A stretch of DNA of 52,801 bases from NCBI GenBank assembly GCA_013298375.1, contig JAAFHM010000001.1:1-52801 (forward strand), read 5' to 3'. This document shows positions 1-10,717 of the stretch, piece after piece. The position numbers and the translations under genes are program-made. Under the pieces are notes generated by a model, which saw only the letters and a program-made list of their open reading frames with translations, made no database searches and had not been told where the DNA came from. How positions within the stretch are numbered: position 1 is the stretch's first letter; each line of letters opens with the position of its first letter. The stretch comes from Ignavibacteria bacterium. GTDB taxonomy: Bacteria > Bacteroidota > Ignavibacteria > Kapaibacteriales > UBA4661.

Positions 1-1
1 T

Positions 2-1174
2 GGAACGGGAGTTGTGCCGAATGTGGACGTTCAGCCAAGCCGCATCCAGTTTCTCGATAAGCCCTTGGGGTCGCAATGCACGGTACAAAGTACCATCAAC
101 GTTGTGATAGCAAATCCAACTACACCATTCTGTGGGACACCATTGTCGTTTAATGCAACTATTCTTGAGTCGGGAACACCATTTAGCCTCTCTGATGCTA
201 ATAATTCCGGTACCTTGTCCTCCGTCAATATTTCCGGCACCTTAGTTTCAGCACAATCTACAACACTCACGATTACATTTTCACCCAAGAACGTCAATGA
301 CTATGCTGCAACGCTGCTCATTACAACGGATGCACCGAAGGGCAAAGACAGCATCCGTATTCCATTGCAAGGACGCGCAAGCGATCAGCCGAGTGTGATA
401 GTCTCAGCCGCAACTGTTCGTGCAAGTCCGGGGCGAGAGATTTCTATTCCCATTCTTGTCAAGCCCGGACAAAGCGGTTCGCCGACGTTGAATGCCGAGG
501 CGCTGCGTTTTGTGAAGGTCGTACAGTTTCAACTCACCTTTGATAAAAGTTTACTCCGTTTTGAGCGGTCAATAACCGACCTGACTGCAAGCTCTAATGC
601 CATTATTCCGCCACCTGAAACGACGACAACTCCCGATGGAGCAACAACACTGACGTTCACAATTACCGCACGTGATTCCGCGCTACGCCCACGTAATGAA
701 ACCCTCGTTATTCTGAATTTTTCCACGTATTTGGGACGAAGCAGTAGAACGTCACTCAAACTTGTTAATATCCGTTTAAGCGATTCTCTTGGCACAAGTC
801 CTTGTCTTCGCGCAAAGGTAGAAGGAGCGCCTGTTGATGGCGAGTTTGCCTTAGATTCTGTTTGCGGTTTGGCGACAAAAGTGGACTATGTGAATAAGCT
901 GAATAGTACGAAAACCTTTGTGTTAAGCGCTATTACGCCGAATCCGATAAGCGACAACGTCCGTGTCGGCTTCGATGTCGCATATCCAGCACACGTTATG
1001 GTGGAAATTCTGGATGCACTTGGGCAGGTGAAAGCGACGGTGGCGGATAATCGCTTTCCCGAAGGCTCATTTGAGGGGGAAATTAACGTTGGGAATCTTG
1101 CGCCTGGCGTGTATTTCTGCCGTATGCGGGCGGAGCGCTTTAGCGAAATGCGCAAGATACTCATTGTGCGATAA
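2..1174 (+). CDS. Secreted cohesin-like domain protein with T9SS (Por) C-terminal sorting domain; 5' end cut by the window edge
   Basis: The frame is open from base 2, with no stop before the GTG at 14. The segment VSAATVRASPGREISIPILV...FQLTFDKSLLRF resembles a cohesin-type beta-sandwich. The C-terminus ITPNPISDNVRVGF...LAPGVYFCRMRA...ILIVR fits the T9SS CTD pattern shared with 3 other proteins in this window. Confidence 0.7.
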   Translation, partial: GTGVVPNVDVQPSRIQFLDKPLGSQCTVQSTINVVIANPTTPFCGTPLSFNATILESGTPFSLSDANNSGTLSSVNISGTLVSAQSTTLTITFSPKNVNDYAATLLITTDAPKGKDSIRIPLQGRASDQPSVIVSAATVRASPGREISIPILVKPGQSGSPTLNAEALRFVKVVQFQLTFDKSLLRFERSITDLTASSNAIIPPPETTTTPDGATTLTFTITARDSALRPRNETLVILNFSTYLGRSSRTSLKLVNIRLSDSLGTSPCLRAKVEGAPVDGEFALDSVCGLATKVDYVNKLNSTKTFVLSAITPNPISDNVRVGFDVAYPAHVMVEILDALGQVKATVADNRFPEGSFEGEINVGNLAPGVYFCRMRAERFSEMRKILIVR

Positions 1175-1234
1175 ACTCAATTGGGCAGAGTTTTTCTGCC
1201 ATTCTCTGCACAAAAATCCGTAATTTGCGTGTCT

Positions 1235-2683
1235 ATGCACAACAGCCAAACGACCAATATTGCGCCTTTTGATTACGCCGATTTTGTGAGCATTTTCGGA
1301 GAACGTGCTTGCGAAAATCTTCCTAAAACCTTGAAAGTATGCGGCGTTTCAACCGATACGCGTACACTGTCAGAGGGGAATTGTTTTGTTGCCCTGCGCG
1401 GAGAGCGCTTCGATGCTCATAGATTGGTAAAAGAGGCGTTGCAAAAGGGAGCAGTTGTGGCGTTGGTAGAATCGCTCTTGGATGCTGATATTGCGGATGC
1501 CAGCGTACCAATTCTCGTTGTGGAGGACACATTACGTGCCTTTGGCTTGTTGGCAAATTTTCATCGTCGGCGTTTTTCGATTCCTGTTGTTGCCGTTGCT
1601 GGTTCGGCGGGGAAGACGACGACGAAAGAGATGACGGCGCGGCTTCTGGACGAGCATTTTCGTGTGCTGAAAACAGAGGGAAATTTTAATAATCAAGTCG
1701 GTGTGCCGCTTACACTCTTACATCTGAGCAACACACACACGGCAGCAGTCGTGGAAATCGGCACGAATGAGCCGGGTGAAATTGCGAAACTTTCGGCAAT
1801 AGTTGCACCCACACACGGCATTATTACCAATATTGGCAAAGAGCATTTGGAAAAATTGATTGATGAAGATGGTGTGGAAGAGGAGGAAACGGCGCTTTTT
1901 CGCTATCTCGCCGAACATGGCGGCACAGCGTTTATCAACTGCAATGACGAGCGAATCAGGAAATACGGGCGTTCCGGTTGGGTGCGCTACGCTCTTGCCG
2001 ATGAGACGCTTGGTGCCGATATTACGGCAACATTTATTATGCAGGGCAGCACTCATCCGATATTGCACCTCGTTCATCATCGCGCTAACGTCAACGTTGA
2101 AGCGCATTTGCAGAGTGTCGGTATAACGGGCGCACGAAACGCACTGGCGGCGGCGGCAGTCGGATTTGGCTTGGGAATGTCGGCAGAGGAGATTCGGCGC
2201 GGATTGGAGGGGTTCCGCTCTGAAACGTCGGAAACGGGGTACGGACGCATGGTTGCTGAAACACGGGAATTGCCGCAAAACCGCACCATTACGCTCCTCA
2301 ACGATTGTTACAACGCCAATCCAACGTCAATGTATGCCGCTTTGGAAACATTGCAAACGACCGCCTCGCCGCGCCGTATAGCGCTTTTGGGCGATATGCG
2401 CGAACTTGGTGCTGCTTCCGAAAGCGAACACGATGCGCTTATTGCTGCTCTCAAAAGCGCATCATGGCTTACGTTGGCAATTCTTATCGGAGCGGAAATG
2501 CACAAAGCATATTTGCGAGCGTCGGCACAACACGAAATAACGCCCAAACTCGTCTATTGCGATACTCATTCAGAAGCCGCTCAAATGATTACTGCGCAGA
2601 CGCAGACTGGTGATGTTTTGCTCGTCAAAGGCTCGCGTGGTGTTCGCTTGGAGGACGTTTTGGAGCAGCTTTTCGGACAGTAA
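1235..2683 (+). CDS. murF: UDP-N-acetylmuramoyl-tripeptide--D-alanyl-D-alanine ligase
   Basis: N-terminal [25 protein letters not shown] and the Mur ligase P-loop [11 protein letters not shown] are present, and the C-terminal Mur ligase domain includes [11 protein letters not shown] chose the ATG at 1235 (MHNSQ) over the upstream alternative start at 1181. Confidence 0.9.
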   Translation: MHNSQTTNIAPFDYADFVSIFGERACENLPKTLKVCGVSTDTRTLSEGNCFVALRGERFDAHRLVKEALQKGAVVALVESLLDADIADASVPILVVEDTLRAFGLLANFHRRRFSIPVVAVAGSAGKTTTKEMTARLLDEHFRVLKTEGNFNNQVGVPLTLLHLSNTHTAAVVEIGTNEPGEIAKLSAIVAPTHGIITNIGKEHLEKLIDEDGVEEEETALFRYLAEHGGTAFINCNDERIRKYGRSGWVRYALADETLGADITATFIMQGSTHPILHLVHHRANVNVEAHLQSVGITGARNALAAAAVGFGLGMSAEEIRRGLEGFRSETSETGYGRMVAETRELPQNRTITLLNDCYNANPTSMYAALETLQTTASPRRIALLGDMRELGAASESEHDALIAALKSASWLTLAILIGAEMHKAYLRASAQHEITPKLVYCDTHSEAAQMITAQTQTGDVLLVKGSRGVRLEDVLEQLFGQ

Positions 2684-2784
2684 TTATTGCTGCAAACAAT
2701 GTTGTAACGTTTCACCTCGGCGCAGCCTTCTATAACTGTTCGCAGACTCTATCACTATCGAATTATCCGATCTCACTTTTGCCA

Positions 2785-3822
2785 ATGAAGTCATCGTTTG
2801 CCCAACATTATACCATACAGGAACTTGCCGATAAACTCAATGCGAGGATTGATGCGCCATCGGAACGTGTAGCTGCAAGCACTCTTATTGGTGTCAATAC
2901 TCTGGAAGCTGCCCAGCAAGGAGAAGTGAGTTTTCTGGCAAATCCCAAATATGCTCCGCTTGTAGCTTCAACACAGGCTTCGGCACTGATAGTTCATGAT
3001 GAATATGTTGCGCCGGAGGCATTTGGAGGCGTTCTGCTTCGTACAGAAAACCCTTACAACGCCTTTCTTCGTGCCGTTCAGTTTTTTTATCCCAGCCGTC
3101 CGAAGCAAGCGGGATTCCGCCATCCATCGGCAATTATCGCCGAAAGCGCTCAGGTACACGCTTCGGCAAATATTGGCGCAAATGTGGTTATCGGAGAGTA
3201 TTGTACGATTGGCGAAAAGACGACGCTTCATGGTGGCGTAATTTTGTACGACAGTGTTCATATTGCGAATGACTCGACGCTCCATGCGAATGTTGTGTGC
3301 TACGACCACACTATTATTGGGTCGGGTAGCATTATTCATGCTGGCACAGTGCTGGGAGCGGACGGTTTTGGGTTTGCAGAAAATAAAGATGATGGTTCAT
3401 TTACAAAAATTCCGCAAGTTGGCAATGTTGTTATTGGTGACGATGTTGAAATTGGTGCAAACTGCACGATTGATCGTGCTGCATTAGGCTCGACACGTAT
3501 CGAAAACGGCGTAAAATTGGATAATCTCATTCACGTAGCCCACAATGTCATTATTGGCGAGAATACTGCCATAGCCGCACAAACGGGCATTTCCGGCAGC
3601 ACGAAACTTGGCAAACGCAATCGTGTCGCTGGGCAGGTTGGCTTTGTTGGGCATATTGCGACGGCGAACGACGTGACGGTGAATGCTCAATCAGGCGTTG
3701 CGAAGGATATTGCGCAAAAAGGCGTGTACTTCGGTACGCCCGCAAAACCGTTTCGAGAAGAACTTCGCATACAAGCATCGCTCAAACAGTTGCCGGAACA
3801 TCTTCGTCATTTCCCCAAATAA
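2785..3822 (+). CDS. lpxD: UDP-3-O-acylglucosamine N-acyltransferase
   Basis: The N-terminal LpxD-type domain ([10 protein letters not shown]...FLANPKY) is followed by long left-handed beta-helix hexapeptide repeats ([38 protein letters not shown]). It lies directly upstream of lpxC/fabZ. Confidence 0.9.
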   Translation: MKSSFAQHYTIQELADKLNARIDAPSERVAASTLIGVNTLEAAQQGEVSFLANPKYAPLVASTQASALIVHDEYVAPEAFGGVLLRTENPYNAFLRAVQFFYPSRPKQAGFRHPSAIIAESAQVHASANIGANVVIGEYCTIGEKTTLHGGVILYDSVHIANDSTLHANVVCYDHTIIGSGSIIHAGTVLGADGFGFAENKDDGSFTKIPQVGNVVIGDDVEIGANCTIDRAALGSTRIENGVKLDNLIHVAHNVIIGENTAIAAQTGISGSTKLGKRNRVAGQVGFVGHIATANDVTVNAQSGVAKDIAQKGVYFGTPAKPFREELRIQASLKQLPEHLRHFPK

Positions 3823-3891
3823 TTTGATTATAAATTTTGCCACCCAACTATCAACTATTTTTTGTGGCATTACTTTAGCTTGGAACCTCTA

Positions 3892-5328
3892 ATGCTTGTC
3901 AACCAACGAACACTGAAAAACTCTGTTTCCGTCGAAGGAGTGGGACTCCACACGGGTAATCTTTCGACACTGACCTTTCATCCTGCTCCCGAAGGTTATG
4001 GGTACAAATTTGTGCGAATAGACCTTGAGGGAAGCCCCGAAATTCCTGCTTTGGTGGATAATGTTGTGGATATTTCGCGTGGCACAACGCTTGCTGTGCC
4101 GACAGTGAACGGTGAGGCAAAGGCTCACACGGTTGAACACGTGCTTTCGGCGCTGGCTGGTTTAGAAATTGATAATTGCAAAATTGAACTCTCGGCGAAT
4201 GAGCCGCCCGTTGCCGACGGAAGCGCGATGCCCTTTGTTGAGGCGCTCTGGAAAGCAGGTTTCGAGGAGCAACGCGCTCCGAAAGATTATTTAGTGCTGG
4301 ACAAAACGATTACCTATCAAGATTCCGCCCGAAACGTCGAAATGGCGGCACTTCCGAATGATGATTACCGTATTACCGTGATGGTGGATTACAACAATCC
4401 AGCGCTTGGCAGCCAACACGCCTCGCTTTTTGATGTTGGTGGCAACTACGTGAGCGATATTGCGCCTGCACGGACATTTTGCTTCCTTTCGGAAGTCGAA
4501 GCACTGCATAAATACGGTTTAATCAAGGGTGGAAATCTGGATAACGCTGTTGTAATCATTGACCACGAAACGAATGACAGCGAATTGCAAGAATTGATGC
4601 GGAGTTTGGGCTTGGACGATAACATCGTCGTTGGTACAAGTGGTTTTTTGAATAACAAAACATTGCGTTTTGCCAATGAACCAGCGCGTCATAAATTGCT
4701 GGATGTTCTCGGCGATTTGGCGCTCGTGGGCGCACCAATGAAGACGCATATTTTGGCGGCACGCCCCGGACACGCTGCCAACGTCGAACTCGCTCGCAAA
4801 ATTCGCCGTATGGTCGAACGGAAAAAAATCTTACGCAAATATCAAACGAAAAAGGAAGATGGAGTTATCATGGACATAAACGCAATTCTTGAGGTGATGC
4901 CGCATCGGTATCCATTTTTGCTCGTGGACAGAATCACGGAAGTCAACGCGGAAGAAAAGCGCATCATCGGCTACAAAAATGTTACCTTTAATGAGCAGTT
5001 TTTTCAAGGGCATTTCCCTGGGCGACCAATTATGCCAGGCGTGCTGATTATTGAGGCAATGGCGCAAACAGGCGGCTTGCTGCTCCTTTCCAATGCCACC
5101 GGCAATGCAAGCGCCGATTTTGACCCCAAAAACAAACTCGTTTTTTTTATGGGTATTAACAACGCGAAATTCCGCAAGCCCGTGACTCCGGGTGACCAAC
5201 TCTTTTTCGATGTGAAGATGGTGCGCCAGCGTATGAATACCTTTCAAATGGAAGCAAAAGCGCTCGTAATGGGCGAAGTCGTTGCTGAAGCAGAGCTTAT
5301 GGCGGCAATTGTCGATAAAGATAAGTGA
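3892..5328 (+). CDS. lpxC/fabZ: Bifunctional UDP-3-O-acyl-GlcNAc deacetylase / 3-hydroxyacyl-ACP dehydratase
   Basis: The N-terminal half is LpxC (QRTLKNSVSVEGVGLHTGN...HTVEHVLSAL...HKLLD). The C-terminal half is FabZ (MPHRYPFLLVDRI...GHFPGRPIMPGVLIIEAMAQ). This fusion is typical of Bacteroidota and Chlorobiota. Confidence 0.92.
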   Translation: MLVNQRTLKNSVSVEGVGLHTGNLSTLTFHPAPEGYGYKFVRIDLEGSPEIPALVDNVVDISRGTTLAVPTVNGEAKAHTVEHVLSALAGLEIDNCKIELSANEPPVADGSAMPFVEALWKAGFEEQRAPKDYLVLDKTITYQDSARNVEMAALPNDDYRITVMVDYNNPALGSQHASLFDVGGNYVSDIAPARTFCFLSEVEALHKYGLIKGGNLDNAVVIIDHETNDSELQELMRSLGLDDNIVVGTSGFLNNKTLRFANEPARHKLLDVLGDLALVGAPMKTHILAARPGHAANVELARKIRRMVERKKILRKYQTKKEDGVIMDINAILEVMPHRYPFLLVDRITEVNAEEKRIIGYKNVTFNEQFFQGHFPGRPIMPGVLIIEAMAQTGGLLLLSNATGNASADFDPKNKLVFFMGINNAKFRKPVTPGDQLFFDVKMVRQRMNTFQMEAKALVMGEVVAEAELMAAIVDKDK

Positions 5329-5387
5329 GAAGTGATTATCATATTCGCTCCCAAATAACAATAGCAATTTCCCTCAGAAGCCGCTTT

Positions 5388-7175
5388 ATGACTATGCTCA
5401 AGCAATTATTGATTGTATTCGTTGGTCTTATCTGCTCCCTCACGCACCTTTTCGCACAAGCACCCTCGCAAGCCGCTTCCACACAGGAGATTTTTCGAGC
5501 GATGCGGGATGAATTACGCCGCTCAATGCAGGATTTACGCCTTCCATCGTTGGAAAAACCGTACTACATCCAATATGTTCTAACGAATACGGCTTCGCAC
5601 AATATCAAAGCATCCTTCGGAAGCCTGACAGAATCACATCTGTCGCAAGAAAAACGTCTGAGTGTAGCTCTGCGCGTTGGTTCGCCGCAATTTGACAATA
5701 CAAATTTTTTCGATCCGGCACTTGGCTTTTTCGGTTCGAGCGATGACGAAGAGCGCTTCAAAAACCGTTCCATTCCTGCGGAACTTGACTACACCGCGCT
5801 TCGCCGTGAACTTTGGCTTGCCACCGATGCCGCCTACAAACAGTCTGCCGAGCTGTATGCCAAGAAGCAAGCCGCACTCAAAAATCGTGTTCGTACCGAC
5901 ACGTTGCCTGATTTTACGCTCATTCCGGCAGCTTTTGTCGCCGATACCGTACCGCTTCCTGCCTTTGACAAAGCCTATTTTGAGCGCTTGGCAGTAGATT
6001 TATCGGCTATTTTCAGGGAATTTCCTGCCGTGACGCTTTCGACCGTTGGGGTGGAATTTTTGCCCAAACAAGAGTTTTTTGTCAATACCGAAGGGCGCGA
6101 AGCGCTGCGTACCGATGTATTGTGCGGGATTGAAGTTATTGCTGTTGCTCAGGCAAAAGATGGGATGCCACTTGCACAGGTGTACAGCGCCTACAGTCGT
6201 ACGCCAAGCGGTCTGCCCAGCCGCGACTCCTTGCTCAAAGCAACAAGAGCGATTGCATTGAGACTCTCGCAAAGCCTGATTGCGCCTACTTCTCAAGCAT
6301 ATTCGGGTCCAGTATTGCTGGAAGACCAAGCGGCTGCGGAAGCATTTTTACAAATCTTCGCTCCGAATCTCGCCACACAGCGCCCACCCGTTACCGAGCG
6401 AGGCATTAGCGACAATCCGCAAAATGCAGCCTTTCAAAATAAAGTTGGTGCGCGTGTTATGCCTGAATTTCTTTCGGTTGCAGTGTCGCCGTCGCTGATG
6501 AATTACGGGGCATTGCAGCTTATTGGTTCGTATCGCATTGACGATGAAGCAGTTCCGGCGGAATCGTTTCAGATTGTGAAAGGTGGTTATTTGAAAGGGC
6601 TTATGTCTTCGCGGACTCCCACACGGCGGGTGAAGCTAACGAATGGGCATAATCGCGGAGGTGCTGCTATGTTCAGTACCTTGGAACTCAGCGCCAGCAA
6701 AGACCGTACACAGACTTCGCGCAAACTTCGTGAGCGAATGTTGCAACTTTGCAAAGACCGTGATTTACCCTACGGAATTATCGTGCGAAAAATTTTGAAC
6801 CCGAATATTTTGATGACCACCCTATACAATATTACCGATGGCGAGTTTCCCTTTGCCCGCACTCCGGGACAGATGACCGCATTGGAAGCGTATCGTGTTT
6901 ACCCCGACGGGCGCGAAGAACTCGTGCGCGGGTGCGATGTTGCAGGCATGACGGTACAATCATTCAAAGAAATTCTCGCTGTTGGCGACCGCAAAACGGC
7001 GTATAATTGTTATGCGTTGCCTGTCACGCTCTCGTTCTTTTCGGGCGGAGCGCAGTTCATACCCGCGTCGGTTATTCTTCCGGCGCTGCTTTTTGAAGAT
7101 ATTGAAATTCGCCCCATCGAAGACGATTTTACTAAGCCGCCAATTTTACCGCATCCGTTTTTTTCTCGTAAATAA
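5388..7175 (+). CDS. Secreted TldD/PmbA-family protein, apparently lacking the HExxxH metal site
   Basis: There is a signal peptide (MTMLKQLLIVFVGLICSLTHLFAQA). The C-terminal region (PTRRVKLTNGHNRGGAAMFSTLEL) resembles the PmbA_TldD fold. No HExxH or HExxxH motif occurs anywhere in the protein. The family assignment is from memory only. Confidence 0.55.
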   Translation: MTMLKQLLIVFVGLICSLTHLFAQAPSQAASTQEIFRAMRDELRRSMQDLRLPSLEKPYYIQYVLTNTASHNIKASFGSLTESHLSQEKRLSVALRVGSPQFDNTNFFDPALGFFGSSDDEERFKNRSIPAELDYTALRRELWLATDAAYKQSAELYAKKQAALKNRVRTDTLPDFTLIPAAFVADTVPLPAFDKAYFERLAVDLSAIFREFPAVTLSTVGVEFLPKQEFFVNTEGREALRTDVLCGIEVIAVAQAKDGMPLAQVYSAYSRTPSGLPSRDSLLKATRAIALRLSQSLIAPTSQAYSGPVLLEDQAAAEAFLQIFAPNLATQRPPVTERGISDNPQNAAFQNKVGARVMPEFLSVAVSPSLMNYGALQLIGSYRIDDEAVPAESFQIVKGGYLKGLMSSRTPTRRVKLTNGHNRGGAAMFSTLELSASKDRTQTSRKLRERMLQLCKDRDLPYGIIVRKILNPNILMTTLYNITDGEFPFARTPGQMTALEAYRVYPDGREELVRGCDVAGMTVQSFKEILAVGDRKTAYNCYALPVTLSFFSGGAQFIPASVILPALLFEDIEIRPIEDDFTKPPILPHPFFSRK

Positions 7176-7209
7176 CTCCTACGCAAACTCAATGCAAAAG
7201 TGAGGTTTT

Positions 7210-10092
7210 ATGCGACGTATCCGGCATTTCTCTTCATTCACAACCCAAGCACAGGCATTGTTGTCTGTGCTTGCCGTTTTCACCCTGTTTTCCGTAACAG
7301 CTATACACGCCCAAGAATATCAATCGGGCGTACTGCTTGTGAAGTTTCGTGCAAAATCTCCACTTTTGCGCTTGTGGGAGAAGCAGGGGCGAAAGGGCGA
7401 AATTCCTGATTGGAAGCCGCTTCTCGGCGCTCACCGCAGCGAGGCGCTTTTTGATGATGGTTTGATAAATAGCGTGATTGAGCGCTTTGGTCGCTTGACA
7501 GAGGACGACCCCACGCGCCGCGCATCAACACTCACGCGCTGGTGCCAGATTCGCTTCGCCTCGAAAGCTGATGCTGCCTTTCTTGCTGGCAAGGTAAAGA
7601 TGCTGCCCGATGTAGAGTACGCCGAACCGCGCTACTATCGCTCTCTCACCGATGCACCAAATGACCCTTTTCTCGGCACACAACAGCATTTGTCTATTAT
7701 TCGCGCTTTAGAAGCATGGGATGTTGTTCAGTCTCGGGGGGACACGTCGCAAAGCGTGATTCTGGCTGTTGTTGATAGTGGTGTGGACTATGACCATGAG
7801 GATTTGGCAGCAAATATTTATGTCAATCCCGGCGAAAGCGGTATGGATGCTCAAGGGCGCGACAAACGGACGAATGGCGTGGATGACGACCGCAATGGGC
7901 GAGTGGATGATTGGCGCGGGTGGGATTTTGCCAGTGGTAGCGCTGGCGAGAGCGAAGACAATGCGCCGAAAGCGGTATTGTCTCCGCATGGCACACACGT
8001 TGCTGGTATTGCCGGAGCGGTGGTGAATAACGGAATTGGTATTGCGGGTGCGGCGCGAAATATCCGCCTGATGCCCATTAAATGCTTGCCAGACGGCTCC
8101 CGTGATGGACTTGTTCACGGCTATCGCGGCATTGTCTATGCAGCCACGATGGGTGCGTCGGTGATTAATTGCAGTTGGGGCGACTACAATCGCTCACAAG
8201 CCGAGCAGGAGGCGATTGAAATAGCGACAGAACTGGGTTCTCTCGTGATAGCCACAGCAGGGAATGACCGACGATACGCAGCGTTTTATCCGGGATCTTA
8301 TGATAAGGTCTGCTCGGTGGTGTGGTTGGAAAATGATGATGTGCTTTTGCAGGGAAATTACCACGAAACAGCCGATATTGGCGCTCCGGGAACAAGTATT
8401 TATTCGACGTTTCCGGATAATCGGTATAATACCTTAAGCGGATCTTCGATGTCAGCGCCGATGGTTGCGGCGGCGGCGGCACTTGTGAAGATGCGCTTTC
8501 CACGCCTTTCACCGATGCAAATTCTGACACGTCTCAAAACCACTGCTGATAATAACGACCGTATCAATCCCGAAGTTGCAGGGCGCATCGGCACAGGGCG
8601 TTTGAATATGCTTCGCGCTGTGCAGATTGAGAACCCGCCGTTTATTGAGGTACGCAGTTTTACGGTGCAGGACGAAAATAATAACGGAATTTTAGAGTCG
8701 GGCGAGCGCATAACGGTTGCCCTCAACCTTGCCAATAGCGCCGCACCAATTACCGTACCAACGACAGTGAGGCTCCGCACGACGATTGCGTCCAATAGCC
8801 GTTTTCTACCGTTTTTTGACGATACGACAAAGCAAATTGCGCCGCTTGCGGCAAATGAAGTGCGCATGGGCGCAGTGGTGTTTAGTTTTCGACTTACGAC
8901 GAATTTATCGCAAAATTTTTCCGTGCCGCTCATGTTTTCCATGACGGGTGCAAACGGCAACCTTATCGGGCGCGACGCAATAACGCTTGTTGCAGAGCGT
9001 TCATTCGCAACCTTGCGCAACAACAATATCAACGTAACTATCAATAGTCGCGGCAATTTTGGCTACAACAATTATCCCGATAATAGCCAAGGCGACGGTT
9101 TTTTTTATGCGCCCAGCGACACAACGAATCTGCTGTTTGAAGGTGGTTTGGTGGTGGCGCAAAGCGAGGATAATGTCTCGTCGTCCGTCCGCGATAGGTT
9201 CAAGCAACGCGACCTTGCGTTTCTTGCCACGTCGCTTTTGGATGTCAGTGCGTCGCAAGATTCCGCATTACTAACCGCTCGTGCTGCTTTTGCTGATCTT
9301 GGCAGCGAGAGTCAAGCGGGGGTAAGCGTTGAGCAAACAGTACAGCAATATCGCCAGCCGTCACGCCAAAACATGATTACCTCGTCGTATGTCATCACCA
9401 ATACAACGCGGCGAACATTTTCCAATCTTTCGGCGGGCTTGTTTTTCGATTGGGATATTGGCAATTTTTCCACAAACGAAACATATTGGGACAATGAGTG
9501 TCGGTGCGGTATTGCGCAAAATATAGGTGGTGATTTTCCCGTCGTTGGCGTAAAACTGCTCTCGCCGCAAACGCCAACGTTTTTCCCTATCACCCAAGGT
9601 GACACGCTGCCAAATGCAATTTCGTTGGATAACGGCTTTCCACGTAGTGAAAAATATCGTACGTTGACAAGCGGCATCGTGACAAGCCGAAAAACGGGCG
9701 ATATTGCGCATATTGTTGGTGCGAGTGGCATGACGCTTCAGCCCTCAACGTCTGTATTGGTACGCTTTGGCATTGCCGCTGGATTGACGCTAGAAGAGGT
9801 GCGCAGAAGTTTTCGCTCTCTCTCAGAAGCAGACACTATCGCAAGCCGCTTGTATCCTAATCCTGCTGCGGGTAGTGCTTTTTTGGAATATCAACTCAGC
9901 GACGAGCAAAATGTGGTTGTTGAATTGTTTAATAGCTTTGGACAAATCATTGCAACGCCTGTGAACGATGTTAAATCTCGTGGCTGGCATCAATCCTCGT
10001 TTGCACTTGATAATCTGAGCGCGGGACTATATTTTGTGCGGCTTCGCACACCAACAATGGTTTTTACAAAACCCCTAATTGTTTCGCGGTAA
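7210..10092 (+). CDS. Subtilisin-like S8 serine peptidase with T9SS C-terminal sorting domain
   Basis: The Asp/His/Ser catalytic triad motifs are VAVVDSGVDYDHEDL, HGTHVAGIAG and SGSSMSAPMVAAAAAL. A signal peptide is present. The C-terminus LYPNPAAGSAFLEYQL...LSAGLYFVRLRT...LIVSR is a T9SS CTD. Confidence 0.9.
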   Translation: MRRIRHFSSFTTQAQALLSVLAVFTLFSVTAIHAQEYQSGVLLVKFRAKSPLLRLWEKQGRKGEIPDWKPLLGAHRSEALFDDGLINSVIERFGRLTEDDPTRRASTLTRWCQIRFASKADAAFLAGKVKMLPDVEYAEPRYYRSLTDAPNDPFLGTQQHLSIIRALEAWDVVQSRGDTSQSVILAVVDSGVDYDHEDLAANIYVNPGESGMDAQGRDKRTNGVDDDRNGRVDDWRGWDFASGSAGESEDNAPKAVLSPHGTHVAGIAGAVVNNGIGIAGAARNIRLMPIKCLPDGSRDGLVHGYRGIVYAATMGASVINCSWGDYNRSQAEQEAIEIATELGSLVIATAGNDRRYAAFYPGSYDKVCSVVWLENDDVLLQGNYHETADIGAPGTSIYSTFPDNRYNTLSGSSMSAPMVAAAAALVKMRFPRLSPMQILTRLKTTADNNDRINPEVAGRIGTGRLNMLRAVQIENPPFIEVRSFTVQDENNNGILESGERITVALNLANSAAPITVPTTVRLRTTIASNSRFLPFFDDTTKQIAPLAANEVRMGAVVFSFRLTTNLSQNFSVPLMFSMTGANGNLIGRDAITLVAERSFATLRNNNINVTINSRGNFGYNNYPDNSQGDGFFYAPSDTTNLLFEGGLVVAQSEDNVSSSVRDRFKQRDLAFLATSLLDVSASQDSALLTARAAFADLGSESQAGVSVEQTVQQYRQPSRQNMITSSYVITNTTRRTFSNLSAGLFFDWDIGNFSTNETYWDNECRCGIAQNIGGDFPVVGVKLLSPQTPTFFPITQGDTLPNAISLDNGFPRSEKYRTLTSGIVTSRKTGDIAHIVGASGMTLQPSTSVLVRFGIAAGLTLEEVRRSFRSLSEADTIASRLYPNPAAGSAFLEYQLSDEQNVVVELFNSFGQIIATPVNDVKSRGWHQSSFALDNLSAGLYFVRLRTPTMVFTKPLIVSR

Positions 10093-10152
10093 GCCGTAAG
10101 TGGTAAGCTCCATTTTTCCCTCGTACATTTTCTTCCATACATTCTTCTTACA

Positions 10153-10710
10153 ATGCACACGTACATCTCCATTCTACGCGGCATCAACCTTGGTGGAAGA
10201 AATACAATTCTCATGCGAGACCTGCAATCATTGTACGAAAGTCTTGATTTCCACGCGGTGAGAACGTATATTCAGAGTGGAAATGTGGTTTTTGCAACCG
10301 AGACTGCTTTTTCCAATCACGAACTTGCGCACCGCATTGAACAAGCTCTTGCGAAGCAATATGTATTCGAGGTTCCTGTCATTGTCAGGACGCACGCGGA
10401 AATGCAAATGGTGGTGCAGTCGAATCCATTTATCCGCCGAAACTATGTCCAGCCTGAAAAACTTCACGTAACATTTTTGGCAGCAACGCCCGATGCCGCA
10501 AGATGCGAAGCCGTTAGCGCTGGGGCATATTCGCCGGATGAATTTGTCATTTCTGGAACAGAGGTATTTCTGCACTGCCCGAATAATTATGGCGAAACCA
10601 AACTTTCCAATAAATTTTTCGAGAATAAACTCAAGGTTTCAGCTACCACCCGTAATTGGAAAACCGTCAATACACTCACCGAATTAGCAACACTTGTTTC
10701 TCACCCATAA
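10153..10710 (+). CDS. DUF1697 family protein
   Basis: The N-terminus MHTYISILRGINLGGRNTILMRDL and the C-terminal TTRNWKTV are the characteristic DUF1697 signatures as I recall them. Confidence 0.7.
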   Translation: MHTYISILRGINLGGRNTILMRDLQSLYESLDFHAVRTYIQSGNVVFATETAFSNHELAHRIEQALAKQYVFEVPVIVRTHAEMQMVVQSNPFIRRNYVQPEKLHVTFLAATPDAARCEAVSAGAYSPDEFVISGTEVFLHCPNNYGETKLSNKFFENKLKVSATTRNWKTVNTLTELATLVSHP

Positions 10711-10717
10711 CTTCACT

